Positions 50,240 to 59,265 of a stretch of DNA of 64,000 bases are shown in pieces. Location of the stretch: assembly GCA_965221775.1 (NCBI GenBank), contig CBDCSU010000006.1, positions 1,152,001 through 1,216,000 on the forward strand, given 5' to 3'. The stretch comes from Candidatus Latescibacterota bacterium. GTDB taxonomy: Bacteria; Latescibacterota; UBA2968; UBA8231. The position numbers and the translations under genes were made by a program. Every line of letters begins with the position of its first letter. Positions within the stretch are counted from its first letter, which is position 1. A model generated the notes under the pieces. That model had not been told where the DNA came from. It saw only the letters and a program-made list of their open reading frames with translations, and searched no databases.

Positions 50240-51362
50240 GCGGCCCGAGTACAGCCCCGGGCTGGCCGGGGTCATCGCCGGCGAGTCGGCGATCTCGCGC
50301 ATCGACTTCGAGGCCAACCGGCTGATCGTGCGGGGCTACGACCTGGTGGAGATCACCCGGCAGGCCGTCTTCGAGGAGGTGGCTTGGCTGCTGCTCTATG
50401 GAGAGCTGCCCACGGCCGTGCAGCTCGGCGAGTTCCAGGACCGCCTGCGCGCCGAGCGCGGCCTGCCGCCGATGGTGGAGGAGCTGCTGCGCCGGACCCC
50501 GGCGGAGGCGCAGTCGATGGCGGTCCTGCGCTCGGCGGTCTCCGCCCTGGGGGTGACCGACCCCGAGGCCCCCGACATCCGCCGCGAGGCGACCCTGCGC
50601 AAGGCGGAGCGCCTGCTGGCCAAGGTCCCCACGATCCTCGCCGCCGCCCACCGCTGCAGCCAGGGCCTGGAGCCGGTGCCCCCCGACCCGGCCCTGGGCC
50701 ACGCCGCCAACCTGCTCTACATGGTGGACGGCCGGCGGCCGGCGGAGCACGCCGTGCGCGCCCTGGACGTGGCCCTCATGCTCTACTCCGAGCACGGCTT
50801 CAACGCCTCCTCCTTCGCCGCCAGGGTGACGGCCTCGACCCTGTCCGACCTGCACGCGGCGGTGACGGCGGGCATCGCCGCCCTCATGGGCCCCCTCCAC
50901 GGCGGCGCCAACGAGGCGGCCATGGAGATGATGCTGGAGATCGGCGAGACCGAGCGGGCGCGCCCGTGGGTGCTGGAGGCCCTGGCGCGGAAAGAGAAGA
51001 TCATGGGCTTCGGCCACCGCGAGTACAAGAGCGGCGACTCGCGGGTGCCCGCCGTGACCGAGGAGGGGCGCCGGGTGGCCGCGGCCACCGGCGAGAGCCG
51101 CTGGCTGCGCATCGCCGAGGCCGTGGAGGAGACGATGCGCTCCGAGAAGGGGATCTTCCCCAACGTCGACTTCCCCGTGGCCTGGACCTTCTACACCATG
51201 GGGCTGCCGATCCCGCTCTACACGCCGGTCTTCGTCGCCAGCCGCGTCGCCGGCTGGGCCGCCCACGTCGTCGAGCAGCAGGACGGCAACCGCCTGATCC
51301 GCCCGAACCACATCTACACCGGTCCCGAGGAGAGGGCCTTCCGGCCCCTGGCGGACCGCTGA
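50232..51362 (+). CDS. prpC: 2-methylcitrate synthase / citrate synthase
   Basis: GLAGVIAG, EHGFNAS, GPLHGGAN, MGFGHR, PNVDF, LIRP; coupled to prpB. Confidence 0.88.
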   Translation: MAERPEYSPGLAGVIAGESAISRIDFEANRLIVRGYDLVEITRQAVFEEVAWLLLYGELPTAVQLGEFQDRLRAERGLPPMVEELLRRTPAEAQSMAVLRSAVSALGVTDPEAPDIRREATLRKAERLLAKVPTILAAAHRCSQGLEPVPPDPALGHAANLLYMVDGRRPAEHAVRALDVALMLYSEHGFNASSFAARVTASTLSDLHAAVTAGIAALMGPLHGGANEAAMEMMLEIGETERARPWVLEALARKEKIMGFGHREYKSGDSRVPAVTEEGRRVAAATGESRWLRIAEAVEETMRSEKGIFPNVDFPVAWTFYTMGLPIPLYTPVFVASRVAGWAAHVVEQQDGNRLIRPNHIYTGPEERAFRPLADR

Positions 51363-51370
51363 GGACGGGA

Positions 51371-51555
51371 ATGCAGGTCAAGCGCTGGCAGGAGGAACGG
51401 ACGTCCTCGAGGGCGGGCACCTTCACCGTGGGCGGCGAGTCCCGCGACCTGACGCCGGCTGGGCGGTGCTCTGCCCCCCGGGCGAGGACCACGGCGCGGT
51501 GAACTCCAGCGGCGGCTGCCTCGCGGTCCTCGTCTTCATGGCGCCCCACCCGTAG
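51371..51555 (+). pseudogene. Degraded cupin-domain gene (internal deletion plus frameshifts)
   Basis: Read across frames: MQVKRWQE / VLEG / GTFTVGGESRDLTP / WAVLCPPGEDHGAVNSSGGCLAVLVFMAPHP*, which matches the C-terminal half of a cupin_2 barrel. Confidence 0.65.
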
Positions 51556-51562
51556 CAGCCGG

Positions 51563-52108
51563 TCACCGCCCCCGGCGCAGCTCCCGCAGCCGGCCCCGCA
51601 CCTGCCGCAGGAACTCCCCCACCTCCGGCCCCCGGTAGTCTGGATAGGTCCACGGCAGCGGCCGGTACTCGCCGCGCTCGAAGCGCAGGGTCACCTCGGC
51701 CCACAGGCCGGCGGCGATGGCCACGCGGTGGCCGCTGGCCTTGGTGGTGGCCAGCACCAGGCTCTCCTCCGACAGCAGTCCCGGGTCGACATTCACCGTC
51801 CGCCGCAGCTGGCCCCCGGCGCCCTCCACGGCGCGCTCCCGCTCGAAGGCCAGGGTCTGCCGCTTGCGCCCGGCCAGCCGCTCCGGGTCGATGGGGTCGC
51901 CGAGCCACACCAGGCCCTTCGCCAGCCCCGGCCCCATCTCGGCCTCGTAGTAGCCGCTCATGTCGAAGGCCCAGGTGGGGCTGCGGGCCTGCACCGCTCC
52001 GAAGCGCGCCGCCAACTCGGCCACGGCCTCGTCCACGGCGTCGCCGCCGCGGGCCATGACGGCGCAGAGGAAGGCGGCGGGCTCTCCGGGCTGCAGGTCC
52101 AGGGGCAT
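51563..52108 (-). CDS. DUF4416 family protein
   Basis: FDMSGYYEAEMG, RTVNVDPG, LVLATTK...HRV, PLPWTYPDY. Confidence 0.85.
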   Translation of the reverse strand: MPLDLQPGEPAAFLCAVMARGGDAVDEAVAELAARFGAVQARSPTWAFDMSGYYEAEMGPGLAKGLVWLGDPIDPERLAGRKRQTLAFERERAVEGAGGQLRRTVNVDPGLLSEESLVLATTKASGHRVAIAAGLWAEVTLRFERGEYRPLPWTYPDYRGPEVGEFLRQVRGRLRELRRGR

Positions 52109-52152
52109 GGCGGCATGCTACGGAGGCGGGTCCGGCGGCGGCAAGAGCCGCC

Positions 52153-52182
52153 TTGACGCTCCGAGCCGGCCCGGTCTATCGT
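52153..52182 (+). promoter_or_regulatory. Possible sigma70 promoter
   Basis: TTGACG (52153), 18-bp spacer, TATCGT (52177), in a divergent intergenic region. Confidence 0.45.
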
Positions 52183-52207
52183 GAGCCCCCCTCTCGACGG
52201 AGCGCCC

Positions 52208-53263
52208 ATGCACATCGACGACCTCGACACCCCCTTCCTCCTCGTCCACCTCGACGCCCTGGAGGAGAACCTCGACCGCGCCCAGGCCTACTGCGACGAG
52301 CACCGCGTCGGCCTTCGGCCCCACATCAAGACCCACAAGTGCCTGGCCATCTCGCGCATGCAGATGGACCGCGGCGCCATGGGCATCGTCTGCCAGAAGC
52401 TCGGCGAGGCCGAGGTCATGGTCGACGGCGGCGTCGACCGCGACGTCCTCATCCCCTACAACCTCGTCGGCAGGATCAAGCTGGAACGGCTCGCCGCCCT
52501 GGCGCCGCGGACCCGGCTGACGGTGGCCGCCGACTCCGAGTACACGGCGCGCGGCCTCTCCGAGGCGATGAGCGCGGCCGGCACCCGCGTGGGCGTCATC
52601 GTCGAGGTCGACCAGGGCCGCACCGGCGTGGGGACCCCCGCCGCCATCGCCGACATGGCGGCCCTCATCGACTCCCTCCCCGGCCTGGAGTTTCGGGGCA
52701 TCATGATCATGCCGTCGCCGCCCTCCTGCCGGCCCCTGCTGCAGGCGGTGCTGAGCGGTCTCGACGCCCGGGGCCTGCCCCACCCCATCGTCAGCGGCGG
52801 CGCCTCCCCCTGCATGTGGACGGCCCACGAGGTCCCGGAGCTGACCGAGCACCGCGCCGGCGAGTACCCCGTGGGGGGCATGAAGCACCTGCAGGTGGGC
52901 ACCCACACGGTGGCGCAGTGCGCCGGCCGGGTGCTGACCACCGTCGTCAGCCGGCCCGGCGGCGGCCGCGCCATCCTCGACGCCGGCAGCAAGTCCCTGA
53001 GCCTGGCCGTGCACCACGACGAGCGCGGCGGACTCCTGGGCCACGTCGTCGAGTACCCCGAGGCGCGGCTGTCGGGCGCCTCCGAGGAGCACGGCCACCT
53101 GGACGTCTCCAGGTGCGACCCCGCGCCCCGGATCGGCGAGCGCGTGCAGATCATCCCCGTGCACCCGTGCCCGACCTTCAACGAGCACGACGAGATCGCC
53201 GCCGTGCGCGGCGACCGGGTGGAGGCCGTCTGGCCCGTCGAGGCCCGGGGGCGCATCCGCTGA
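52208..53263 (+). CDS. Fold-type III PLP enzyme, D-threonine aldolase/D-serine dehydratase (DSD1) family
   Basis: LDTP, RPHIKTHK, CQKLGEAE, DAGSKSL, SEEHG, IIPVHPC. Confidence 0.9.
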   Translation: MHIDDLDTPFLLVHLDALEENLDRAQAYCDEHRVGLRPHIKTHKCLAISRMQMDRGAMGIVCQKLGEAEVMVDGGVDRDVLIPYNLVGRIKLERLAALAPRTRLTVAADSEYTARGLSEAMSAAGTRVGVIVEVDQGRTGVGTPAAIADMAALIDSLPGLEFRGIMIMPSPPSCRPLLQAVLSGLDARGLPHPIVSGGASPCMWTAHEVPELTEHRAGEYPVGGMKHLQVGTHTVAQCAGRVLTTVVSRPGGGRAILDAGSKSLSLAVHHDERGGLLGHVVEYPEARLSGASEEHGHLDVSRCDPAPRIGERVQIIPVHPCPTFNEHDEIAAVRGDRVEAVWPVEARGRIR

Positions 53264-53973
53264 TGGCGCAGGTCGCGCAGCAGACCCTCGACCGGCTGCG
53301 GGTCCCGAGCACGGCGACCCTGACCTCGGTGCTCAAGGGCCACGGCCTCGGCAACACCTTCCTCCACGAGGTGGCGCCCCTGCGGCCCGACACGAGCATG
53401 GCCGGGCGCGCCTTCACCCTGCGCTACATCCCGGCGCGGGAGGACCTCGTGGACGTGCCCATGGACAACCTCACCGACATGCAGCGGGTCGGCATCGAGC
53501 AGATGCAGCCGGGAGACGTGCTCGTCATCGACGCCCGCGGCGACACCCGCGCCGGCACCATGGGCTCAATCCTGGCGGCGAGGATGGCCCACCTCGGCGT
53601 GGCGGGCGTGGTCACCGACGGCGCCTACCGCGACAGTCCGACCATCGCCGCCAGCGGCTTCCCCGCCTACGCCCGCGCCATGAACGCCCACACGAACAAG
53701 ACCATCCACTACCCGAGCGAGATCCAGGTGCCCGTCGGCTGCGGAGGCGTGGCCGTCTTCCCCGGAGACGCGGTCGTGGGCGACGGCGAGGGCGTGGTGG
53801 TGGTCCCCGCCCACCTGGCCGACGATGTGGCCGCCGAGGCCGAGGAGCAGGAGCTGAAGGAGGAGTTCATCACCGGGAAGATCCGCGCCGGCGCCCCCCT
53901 CCACGGCACCTACCCCCTCGACGAGGAGGGCCAGCGCGAGTTCGAGGAGTGGCGCAGGAACCGCGGCCGCTGA
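53263..53973 (+). CDS. RraA-like / HMG-aldolase family protein
   Basis: AGRAFTLRYIPARED, GDVLVIDARGD, GVVTDGAYRD, GCGGVAVFPGDAVVGDGEGVVVVP. Confidence 0.9.
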   Translation: MAQVAQQTLDRLRVPSTATLTSVLKGHGLGNTFLHEVAPLRPDTSMAGRAFTLRYIPAREDLVDVPMDNLTDMQRVGIEQMQPGDVLVIDARGDTRAGTMGSILAARMAHLGVAGVVTDGAYRDSPTIAASGFPAYARAMNAHTNKTIHYPSEIQVPVGCGGVAVFPGDAVVGDGEGVVVVPAHLADDVAAEAEEQELKEEFITGKIRAGAPLHGTYPLDEEGQREFEEWRRNRGR

Positions 53974-54035
53974 GCGCGACAGACGCCCGCCGCAAGCGTC
54001 CCCCGACGATATCCCCCCCGACCCGGAGAGTCCCC

Positions 54036-54548
54036 ATGCTGGAGATCTTCAAGGTCCCCGTGGAACCCCTCACCCCCGAGGCCTTCGCGCCCTTCGGAAG
54101 CGTCATCCGAACCTGCGACGAGACCCGGCCCGAGGTGCGGGTCGGCGGCCTCACGGAGAACCACTACACGGTGACGGCGGAGGTCTCCGACCCGCCGCCG
54201 GAGAAGCTCTCCCTGTCGGAGGGCCGGCTGCGCGCCCACTTCGCCTGCCACGACGACGCCGGCCAGTCCTTCTACCCGACGCGGCACTGCCCCACCGTCT
54301 TCCTCGTGGCCCCGCCCGCCCCGAGCCTGAACCCCGAGGACCTGCGCGCCTTCCACTCCGACGGCCGCCTGGGCGTCTGCCTGGGGCTGGAGGTGTGGCA
54401 CACCATGCCCATCTGCCTGGAGGGGACCGAGGTCTACCACACGGCCCGCGGCGACCAGGACTACCAGACCCACTCCGTGGAGGTCGACTTCGACGAGGAG
54501 CGGGGGGTGGTGATCGATGTGGACGTGGAGGGGTTTGCGGGGGGTTGA
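54036..54548 (+). CDS. Ureidoglycolate lyase (AllA)-like cupin protein
   Basis: VEPLTPEAFAPFGSVI N-terminus, H...QSF, VWH. Confidence 0.75.
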   Translation: MLEIFKVPVEPLTPEAFAPFGSVIRTCDETRPEVRVGGLTENHYTVTAEVSDPPPEKLSLSEGRLRAHFACHDDAGQSFYPTRHCPTVFLVAPPAPSLNPEDLRAFHSDGRLGVCLGLEVWHTMPICLEGTEVYHTARGDQDYQTHSVEVDFDEERGVVIDVDVEGFAGG

Positions 54549-54595
54549 GGGGGCGAGTTCCTCTGCTGCGCCATGTCATTGCATACATTCATGGG

Positions 54596-54803
54596 ATGGC
54601 CAGCATCACAATCCACCTCGGCGATGACCTGAAGCGGCGACTGCGAGCCCAGGCGGCCGAGCACGGGCGATCCTTGGAAGAGAAGCGCGGACGATCCTGC
54701 GCGCCGCGCTCGCCGAGCCCGCGCCCCCGGCCGATCTGGCCCGTGCCATACGGGACGCTTCGAGCCCCTGGGGGGCGTGGAACTGGACATCCCACCGCGG
54801 TGA
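54596..54803 (+). pseudogene. FitA-like ribbon-helix-helix antitoxin with two single-base frameshifts
   Basis: MASITIHLGDDLKRRLRAQAAEHGRSLEE / ARTILRAALAEPAPPADLARAIR / RFEPLGGVELDIPPR* in three successive frames; no PIN toxin follows. Confidence 0.75.
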
Positions 54804-54822
54804 TCAAGCCGCCTCAGGCGAT

Positions 54823-55092
54823 ATGCAAGAGGTCTCGGCCAGAGAAGCCAGGAAACGATTCGGGCAATTGCTCGATGCCGCCCAGGGCGGACCTGTATGC
54901 ATCACCAGGAGAGGCCGCGCGGCCGCCGTCATGATGTCCATGGAGCAGTACCAACGGCTGCAAGGCGCCGCATGGGCGCGCTTGACGGAGACGATGGACC
55001 GCTTGGGAGCCGAGGCGGTCGGCCGTGGATTGACCGGGGCTGGGCTCGATGCGCTCTTGGATCCGCAAGGTGAGACGACCCTTGAGAGCTGA
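54823..55092 (+). CDS. Phd/YefM family antitoxin (orphan)
   Basis: VSAREARKRFGQLLDAAQGGPVCITRRGRAAAVMMSMEQY. Confidence 0.88.
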   Translation: MQEVSAREARKRFGQLLDAAQGGPVCITRRGRAAAVMMSMEQYQRLQGAAWARLTETMDRLGAEAVGRGLTGAGLDALLDPQGETTLES

Positions 55093-55353
55093 TCGGCGTG
55101 CTGGTGGCCGAGGTCGCCCACAACACGCCCTACGAGCGCCCAGTGGAGGACACCCTGTGGACCGCTCGCTGCCTGGCGCAGGTCACCGCGTGTCCGAGGA
55201 TCGCATCCAATCTGGCGGACCATCGGGCTGCTGCCGTATCGACCGATGCCTTTTCACTAGACAAGGTGCGCAACATCGTGGGCCTGCATCTCCACTCCCC
55301 AGCATGATGCCGCCTGTGTCTGCAATAGCGCTTCAGAGCGCGGCGGTCCCCAC

Positions 55354-58300
55354 ATGATCATCCCGCTCGAACCCAACCTCCAAGGCTTGGCAGCACGACG
55401 TTTCCATAGCTTTGCTCGGCAAGTTCTCAACCGGCAGGGGGCCGGCGAACACCATCGAATCGCCGCGCTCGTGGACGCGGAGACGGTGCATGCGCCCGAA
55501 CGCCGCGAGCTCAAGGGTCAATGCGACGAATACACCGCCTGCGTGCGGGTGCTTGGAGACCTCGCGCAACTGCGCTGGAAGCTGGTGGAGAGCGGGCACG
55601 GCCTGGAGCTCCACTCGCCACGCCTAGTGGACGCTCGGACCTCCGGGCCCTGCGAGTCTCACCGGCGAAAGGAAGCGATCCGCAACGAGCTGCGTCCGCG
55701 CCTCCTGCAACAGTTCGCGGACCCGCACGTCCGGCAGTTCATCCGGCGGATGGAGCGCCCAAGAGCCACGTCGAGACATACGTCCATCAACGCCCTGATC
55801 GCGGACGGCGCCGAATTGCAGCAGCGTCTGCGCGAGGCCCGGGACCATCCGCTCGACGATCCTGCACGCAGCAAGGCGCTGCGCGGCGCCATCCGACCCT
55901 ATCTCCAACTCGTCGAGCCGGGGGTGCGCGACGAGCACACCGCGATACCGCTGCGGGACATCTGGCGCTACTTCCGTTTCACTTGGTCAATCCCGCAAAC
56001 CCCGATACCCGGTCGCAGCTTACTCTATCTGGTCAGGGACGCGGCCCACGAGTACCATGGCGTGATCGGCATCGCCGCACTCAGCAACTGCGCCGTGCAA
56101 ATGGTCCCGCGCGACCGCGCCATCGGCTGGAGTGCCAAGGGACTTGCTGACGCCCTGACGACGCTCTTCTCCTCCGCTGAGCAGAGGGGGGAGCGCGAGG
56201 CTAGCGACCCCTCCCTCGGCATGCAAGGCCCCTATCGGTGGCTGTTGCCGCTGTTCCCGGTCGGCGTCGACCCTTCGCAAGAGACCAAACGGACGGCACT
56301 GGAACGTCTCTTCGCTTGGCTTCTTCAGGGGATATCCACGGCGATCGGGGAGATCGAACATCAAGGGCTCGCGACGCCGGAAGACCTCAAGGCACCGACC
56401 CAGGAGATGATCGACCGCCTTCGCCATCTTAGCAGGGAATTCGCGGCAAAGCGCCAGGAGGCGCTGGCCCGAAGCCGGGAAGACGGCGACATCGTCGGCC
56501 TAGCCCCGGGCGCCGCGACCGCGCCCGTCGACGATGATGTCCTCAATCTCGAGGCCAAGCATGCGTCCAATGCGCCGGTCAACAATTCGCGGCGCATGCT
56601 GGTGCGCAAGAAGCGGGCCTTCGAGCTGGCGCGCCTGCTCGATGCCGCTAGAGTCCTGGCCGCTAGCCGCCAAACCCTGACCGACCCCACCACCGCCTTC
56701 GCCACCTTGGAGCGGGAAGAAGTACGCACCGCCATCAACACGGCCATGAGCGCGACAAAAAGCCGGCGCATCGGGACCAACCTTCTGGAAATCACCACAT
56801 GTGGCGCGGTGGCCCCCTACAACCGCATGCTGGGCGGCAAGCTGGTTGCGCTGCTCCTGCTCAGCCCACAGGTGGCGGCGGACAACAACCGCCGCTACGG
56901 GAACGAACCTGCGATCATCCGCTCGCAACTCAAGAATACCCGGGTCGTCCCCGACAATACCCTTGTCTGGCTCGGCACGACCAGCCTTTTTTCACACGGC
57001 AGCAGCCAGTACGAGCGTCTGCGCCTTCCGTCCGGCACCATCGCCCCTGACCAGGAGGAGATCCGCTACCGCTATCTCGGCGAAACGACCGGCTACGGCA
57101 CGGTGCAGTTCGCGGACGACACCGTGCGCGCACTCGATACCGTGATGCGCCGCCGACGCGGCTTCCGGGACGTCAACAGCGTGTTCGGCGAGGGCGCGAG
57201 TCCCAGGCTGCGTAAGCTGAGGTCGGGATTGGACGCGATCGGCTTCAACGCCAGCCTCACCATGCTCCACCACCAAGGCAGGCGCATCTACGGCGTGCCC
57301 CTGTTCCCGACCGCCGCCGCCTATCTGTGTGGCCTCGACCCGGACGTTCCGGACTACATCCGTGCGCCCGAATCCTACGAGGACGCCAGCGAACGCATCG
57401 CCGAGTTCTGGCGCCGACGCTGGCTTGCCCGAAGACTCGAACACGAAGACAGCTGGACGGCTCTTGGCGAGACCGGACAAAGGCTTCTGAGCGCCACCAT
57501 TCCAGAACCGCCCGAGCCGACGGCGTCCCGGGTGGCCGGAGACGGAGAGGACATCGACGACGGCGACGGCGGGAACGACGGTCCGCCAGCGGATGACTTG
57601 GCCGAACTCAACTTCTGGCGCACGCTCGCACGCGGCGGGCCTAATGCCATCTCAGAGGGTTTGTCCGACGACGAGTATGCGCGGTTACACCTTACGACGC
57701 CGCTCGAAGATCATCTTCTCAAGCAGGCACGACAAGGCCGCTCGATCGTACTCACCGGCAATGCCGGCGACGGAAAGACCCATCTCGCCCGCACCCTGCG
57801 GCGCCGCCTCGGAAGCAATTCCGAGCGTTTCGTATTCGAATTCGATGCCACCGCCACTATGACCAGCCGGGATGGCGTCGCACCGATCATAGAAAGCTGG
57901 CGATGGGCGAGCAACAACGGCAAGAGCATGGTGCTCGCGATCAACCAGTACCCGCTGCACATGCTACGCCAAGAACTGCGGAGCGCCCTGCCGGCCGTCT
58001 CCGACGCCATCGACCAGCAGTGGCGGGCGCGATTGTATACGGAGCCTTCGGACGATTCGTCGGACCCAAGCGACCTCCTGCTCGTGGACCTGTCTCTCCG
58101 CAATCCTCTCTCGCAACACTTTGCGAATCGTGTACTGAACAAGATGCTGGAGAGCCCGGCCGTCAGGCGATATGCCGCGAGCCATTCCGATCCGAACTTC
58201 TCGCTCAATTTCCGGTGCCTATCGCATCCCGAGGTGCAGACGCGCCTGTTCCATCTGTTCGCCAGGGTTGTCTCGTCCGGTGGACGCGCGACCATCCGCG

Positions 58301-59265
58301 AACTCTGGATCCTGTGCGCTCGATTGCTCTTCGGTGCCTCTTTGGATCCCGGCTTGCCCGGCTCTCACCAAGCTTGGTATTCCGACCGTCTGTTCCAACG
58401 CGACGCGCGCTTTCCCCTGACTGGTGCGCTGTGCCGCGTTTCCGACCCCGCACAGGTGAGCCACCCCCAGATCGACCGGCGACTGGAGGATCCGGAAGGA
58501 ACCCGGGGCGTCGACTGGCTCATCGACGGCGAGCCCCCGGACCTCCCAGCCTCTCCCGTCGCCACTATGGCCACCGCCGCCCACAACCGCGACCGATACC
58601 AGGCACGGTTCGCGGCCCGAAAACGCCGCTTCTACTTCGAACACACCGACGGCGGTGAAGACCGCGTCTTCGCGCTCGATGACAGCTCGCATGCCAGTTT
58701 CCACCGAATGCTGGGGACGGACACGCATGACGACGAGTACCGGCGCGTCCTGATCGAGGCGATCAATCGCTGCTACTTCCCGCATGAATTCGACGGCATG
58801 CGCGACAAGCTGTGCCTGTGGATCGGCCACCGCCTGGACGAGCAGCCGACCAAGAGCTTCGTTGCCAACGAGTGCCTTCCGCTGGGACGTCTCGCCCTCA
58901 GGCGTCCGGTGCCGCCGGCCTCGCTGCGCGACACCCTGGAATACGTTCCCGACCACCTCCTCTTGTGTCTCGCGAGCCCGGACGGCAGCGTTTCCCGGGA
59001 TCTCTCGCTCCGCATCGACCCGGCACTCTTCGACACCCTCTGGTCCATCCGGGGGGGGCTACCCCGACACCTGATCGATCCCGCCGAACTCAACCGACTC
59101 GACACATTCATCGACCGCCTGCGTCGCTCGTCACCGCCGCCGGAACCCCTGCCGGAGTTCCTGATCTACAACGCCGAGCATGTCGCCTCGAGCGTCGTCA
59201 AGCTCTCCGCCGATCGCACGCGATACGACCGTGTCGACCGGCTCCCTCCGGAAGGACGGACATGA
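55354..59265 (+). CDS. Fusion: N-terminal DruA/DUF4338-like domain plus C-terminal DndF(DptF)-like P-loop ATPase
   Basis: WRYFRFTWS...PGRSLLYLVRD...VIGIAAL, CGAVAPYNRMLGGKLV, TTSLF..GSSQY, YLGETTGYG (DUF4338-like); acidic linker; LHL..PLE, VLTGNAGDGKTHL, FDAT, VLAIN (DndF-like). Confidence 0.75.
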   Translation: MIIPLEPNLQGLAARRFHSFARQVLNRQGAGEHHRIAALVDAETVHAPERRELKGQCDEYTACVRVLGDLAQLRWKLVESGHGLELHSPRLVDARTSGPCESHRRKEAIRNELRPRLLQQFADPHVRQFIRRMERPRATSRHTSINALIADGAELQQRLREARDHPLDDPARSKALRGAIRPYLQLVEPGVRDEHTAIPLRDIWRYFRFTWSIPQTPIPGRSLLYLVRDAAHEYHGVIGIAALSNCAVQMVPRDRAIGWSAKGLADALTTLFSSAEQRGEREASDPSLGMQGPYRWLLPLFPVGVDPSQETKRTALERLFAWLLQGISTAIGEIEHQGLATPEDLKAPTQEMIDRLRHLSREFAAKRQEALARSREDGDIVGLAPGAATAPVDDDVLNLEAKHASNAPVNNSRRMLVRKKRAFELARLLDAARVLAASRQTLTDPTTAFATLEREEVRTAINTAMSATKSRRIGTNLLEITTCGAVAPYNRMLGGKLVALLLLSPQVAADNNRRYGNEPAIIRSQLKNTRVVPDNTLVWLGTTSLFSHGSSQYERLRLPSGTIAPDQEEIRYRYLGETTGYGTVQFADDTVRALDTVMRRRRGFRDVNSVFGEGASPRLRKLRSGLDAIGFNASLTMLHHQGRRIYGVPLFPTAAAYLCGLDPDVPDYIRAPESYEDASERIAEFWRRRWLARRLEHEDSWTALGETGQRLLSATIPEPPEPTASRVAGDGEDIDDGDGGNDGPPADDLAELNFWRTLARGGPNAISEGLSDDEYARLHLTTPLEDHLLKQARQGRSIVLTGNAGDGKTHLARTLRRRLGSNSERFVFEFDATATMTSRDGVAPIIESWRWASNNGKSMVLAINQYPLHMLRQELRSALPAVSDAIDQQWRARLYTEPSDDSSDPSDLLLVDLSLRNPLSQHFANRVLNKMLESPAVRRYAASHSDPNFSLNFRCLSHPEVQTRLFHLFARVVSSGGRATIRELWILCARLLFGASLDPGLPGSHQAWYSDRLFQRDARFPLTGALCRVSDPAQVSHPQIDRRLEDPEGTRGVDWLIDGEPPDLPASPVATMATAAHNRDRYQARFAARKRRFYFEHTDGGEDRVFALDDSSHASFHRMLGTDTHDDEYRRVLIEAINRCYFPHEFDGMRDKLCLWIGHRLDEQPTKSFVANECLPLGRLALRRPVPPASLRDTLEYVPDHLLLCLASPDGSVSRDLSLRIDPALFDTLWSIRGGLPRHLIDPAELNRLDTFIDRLRRSSPPPEPLPEFLIYNAEHVASSVVKLSADRTRYDRVDRLPPEGRT

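Noticed and set aside
55098-55307. 69-aa ORF as the toxin partner of Phd
   Set aside because: No PIN, RelE or Doc motif recognisable; more likely a gene fragment.
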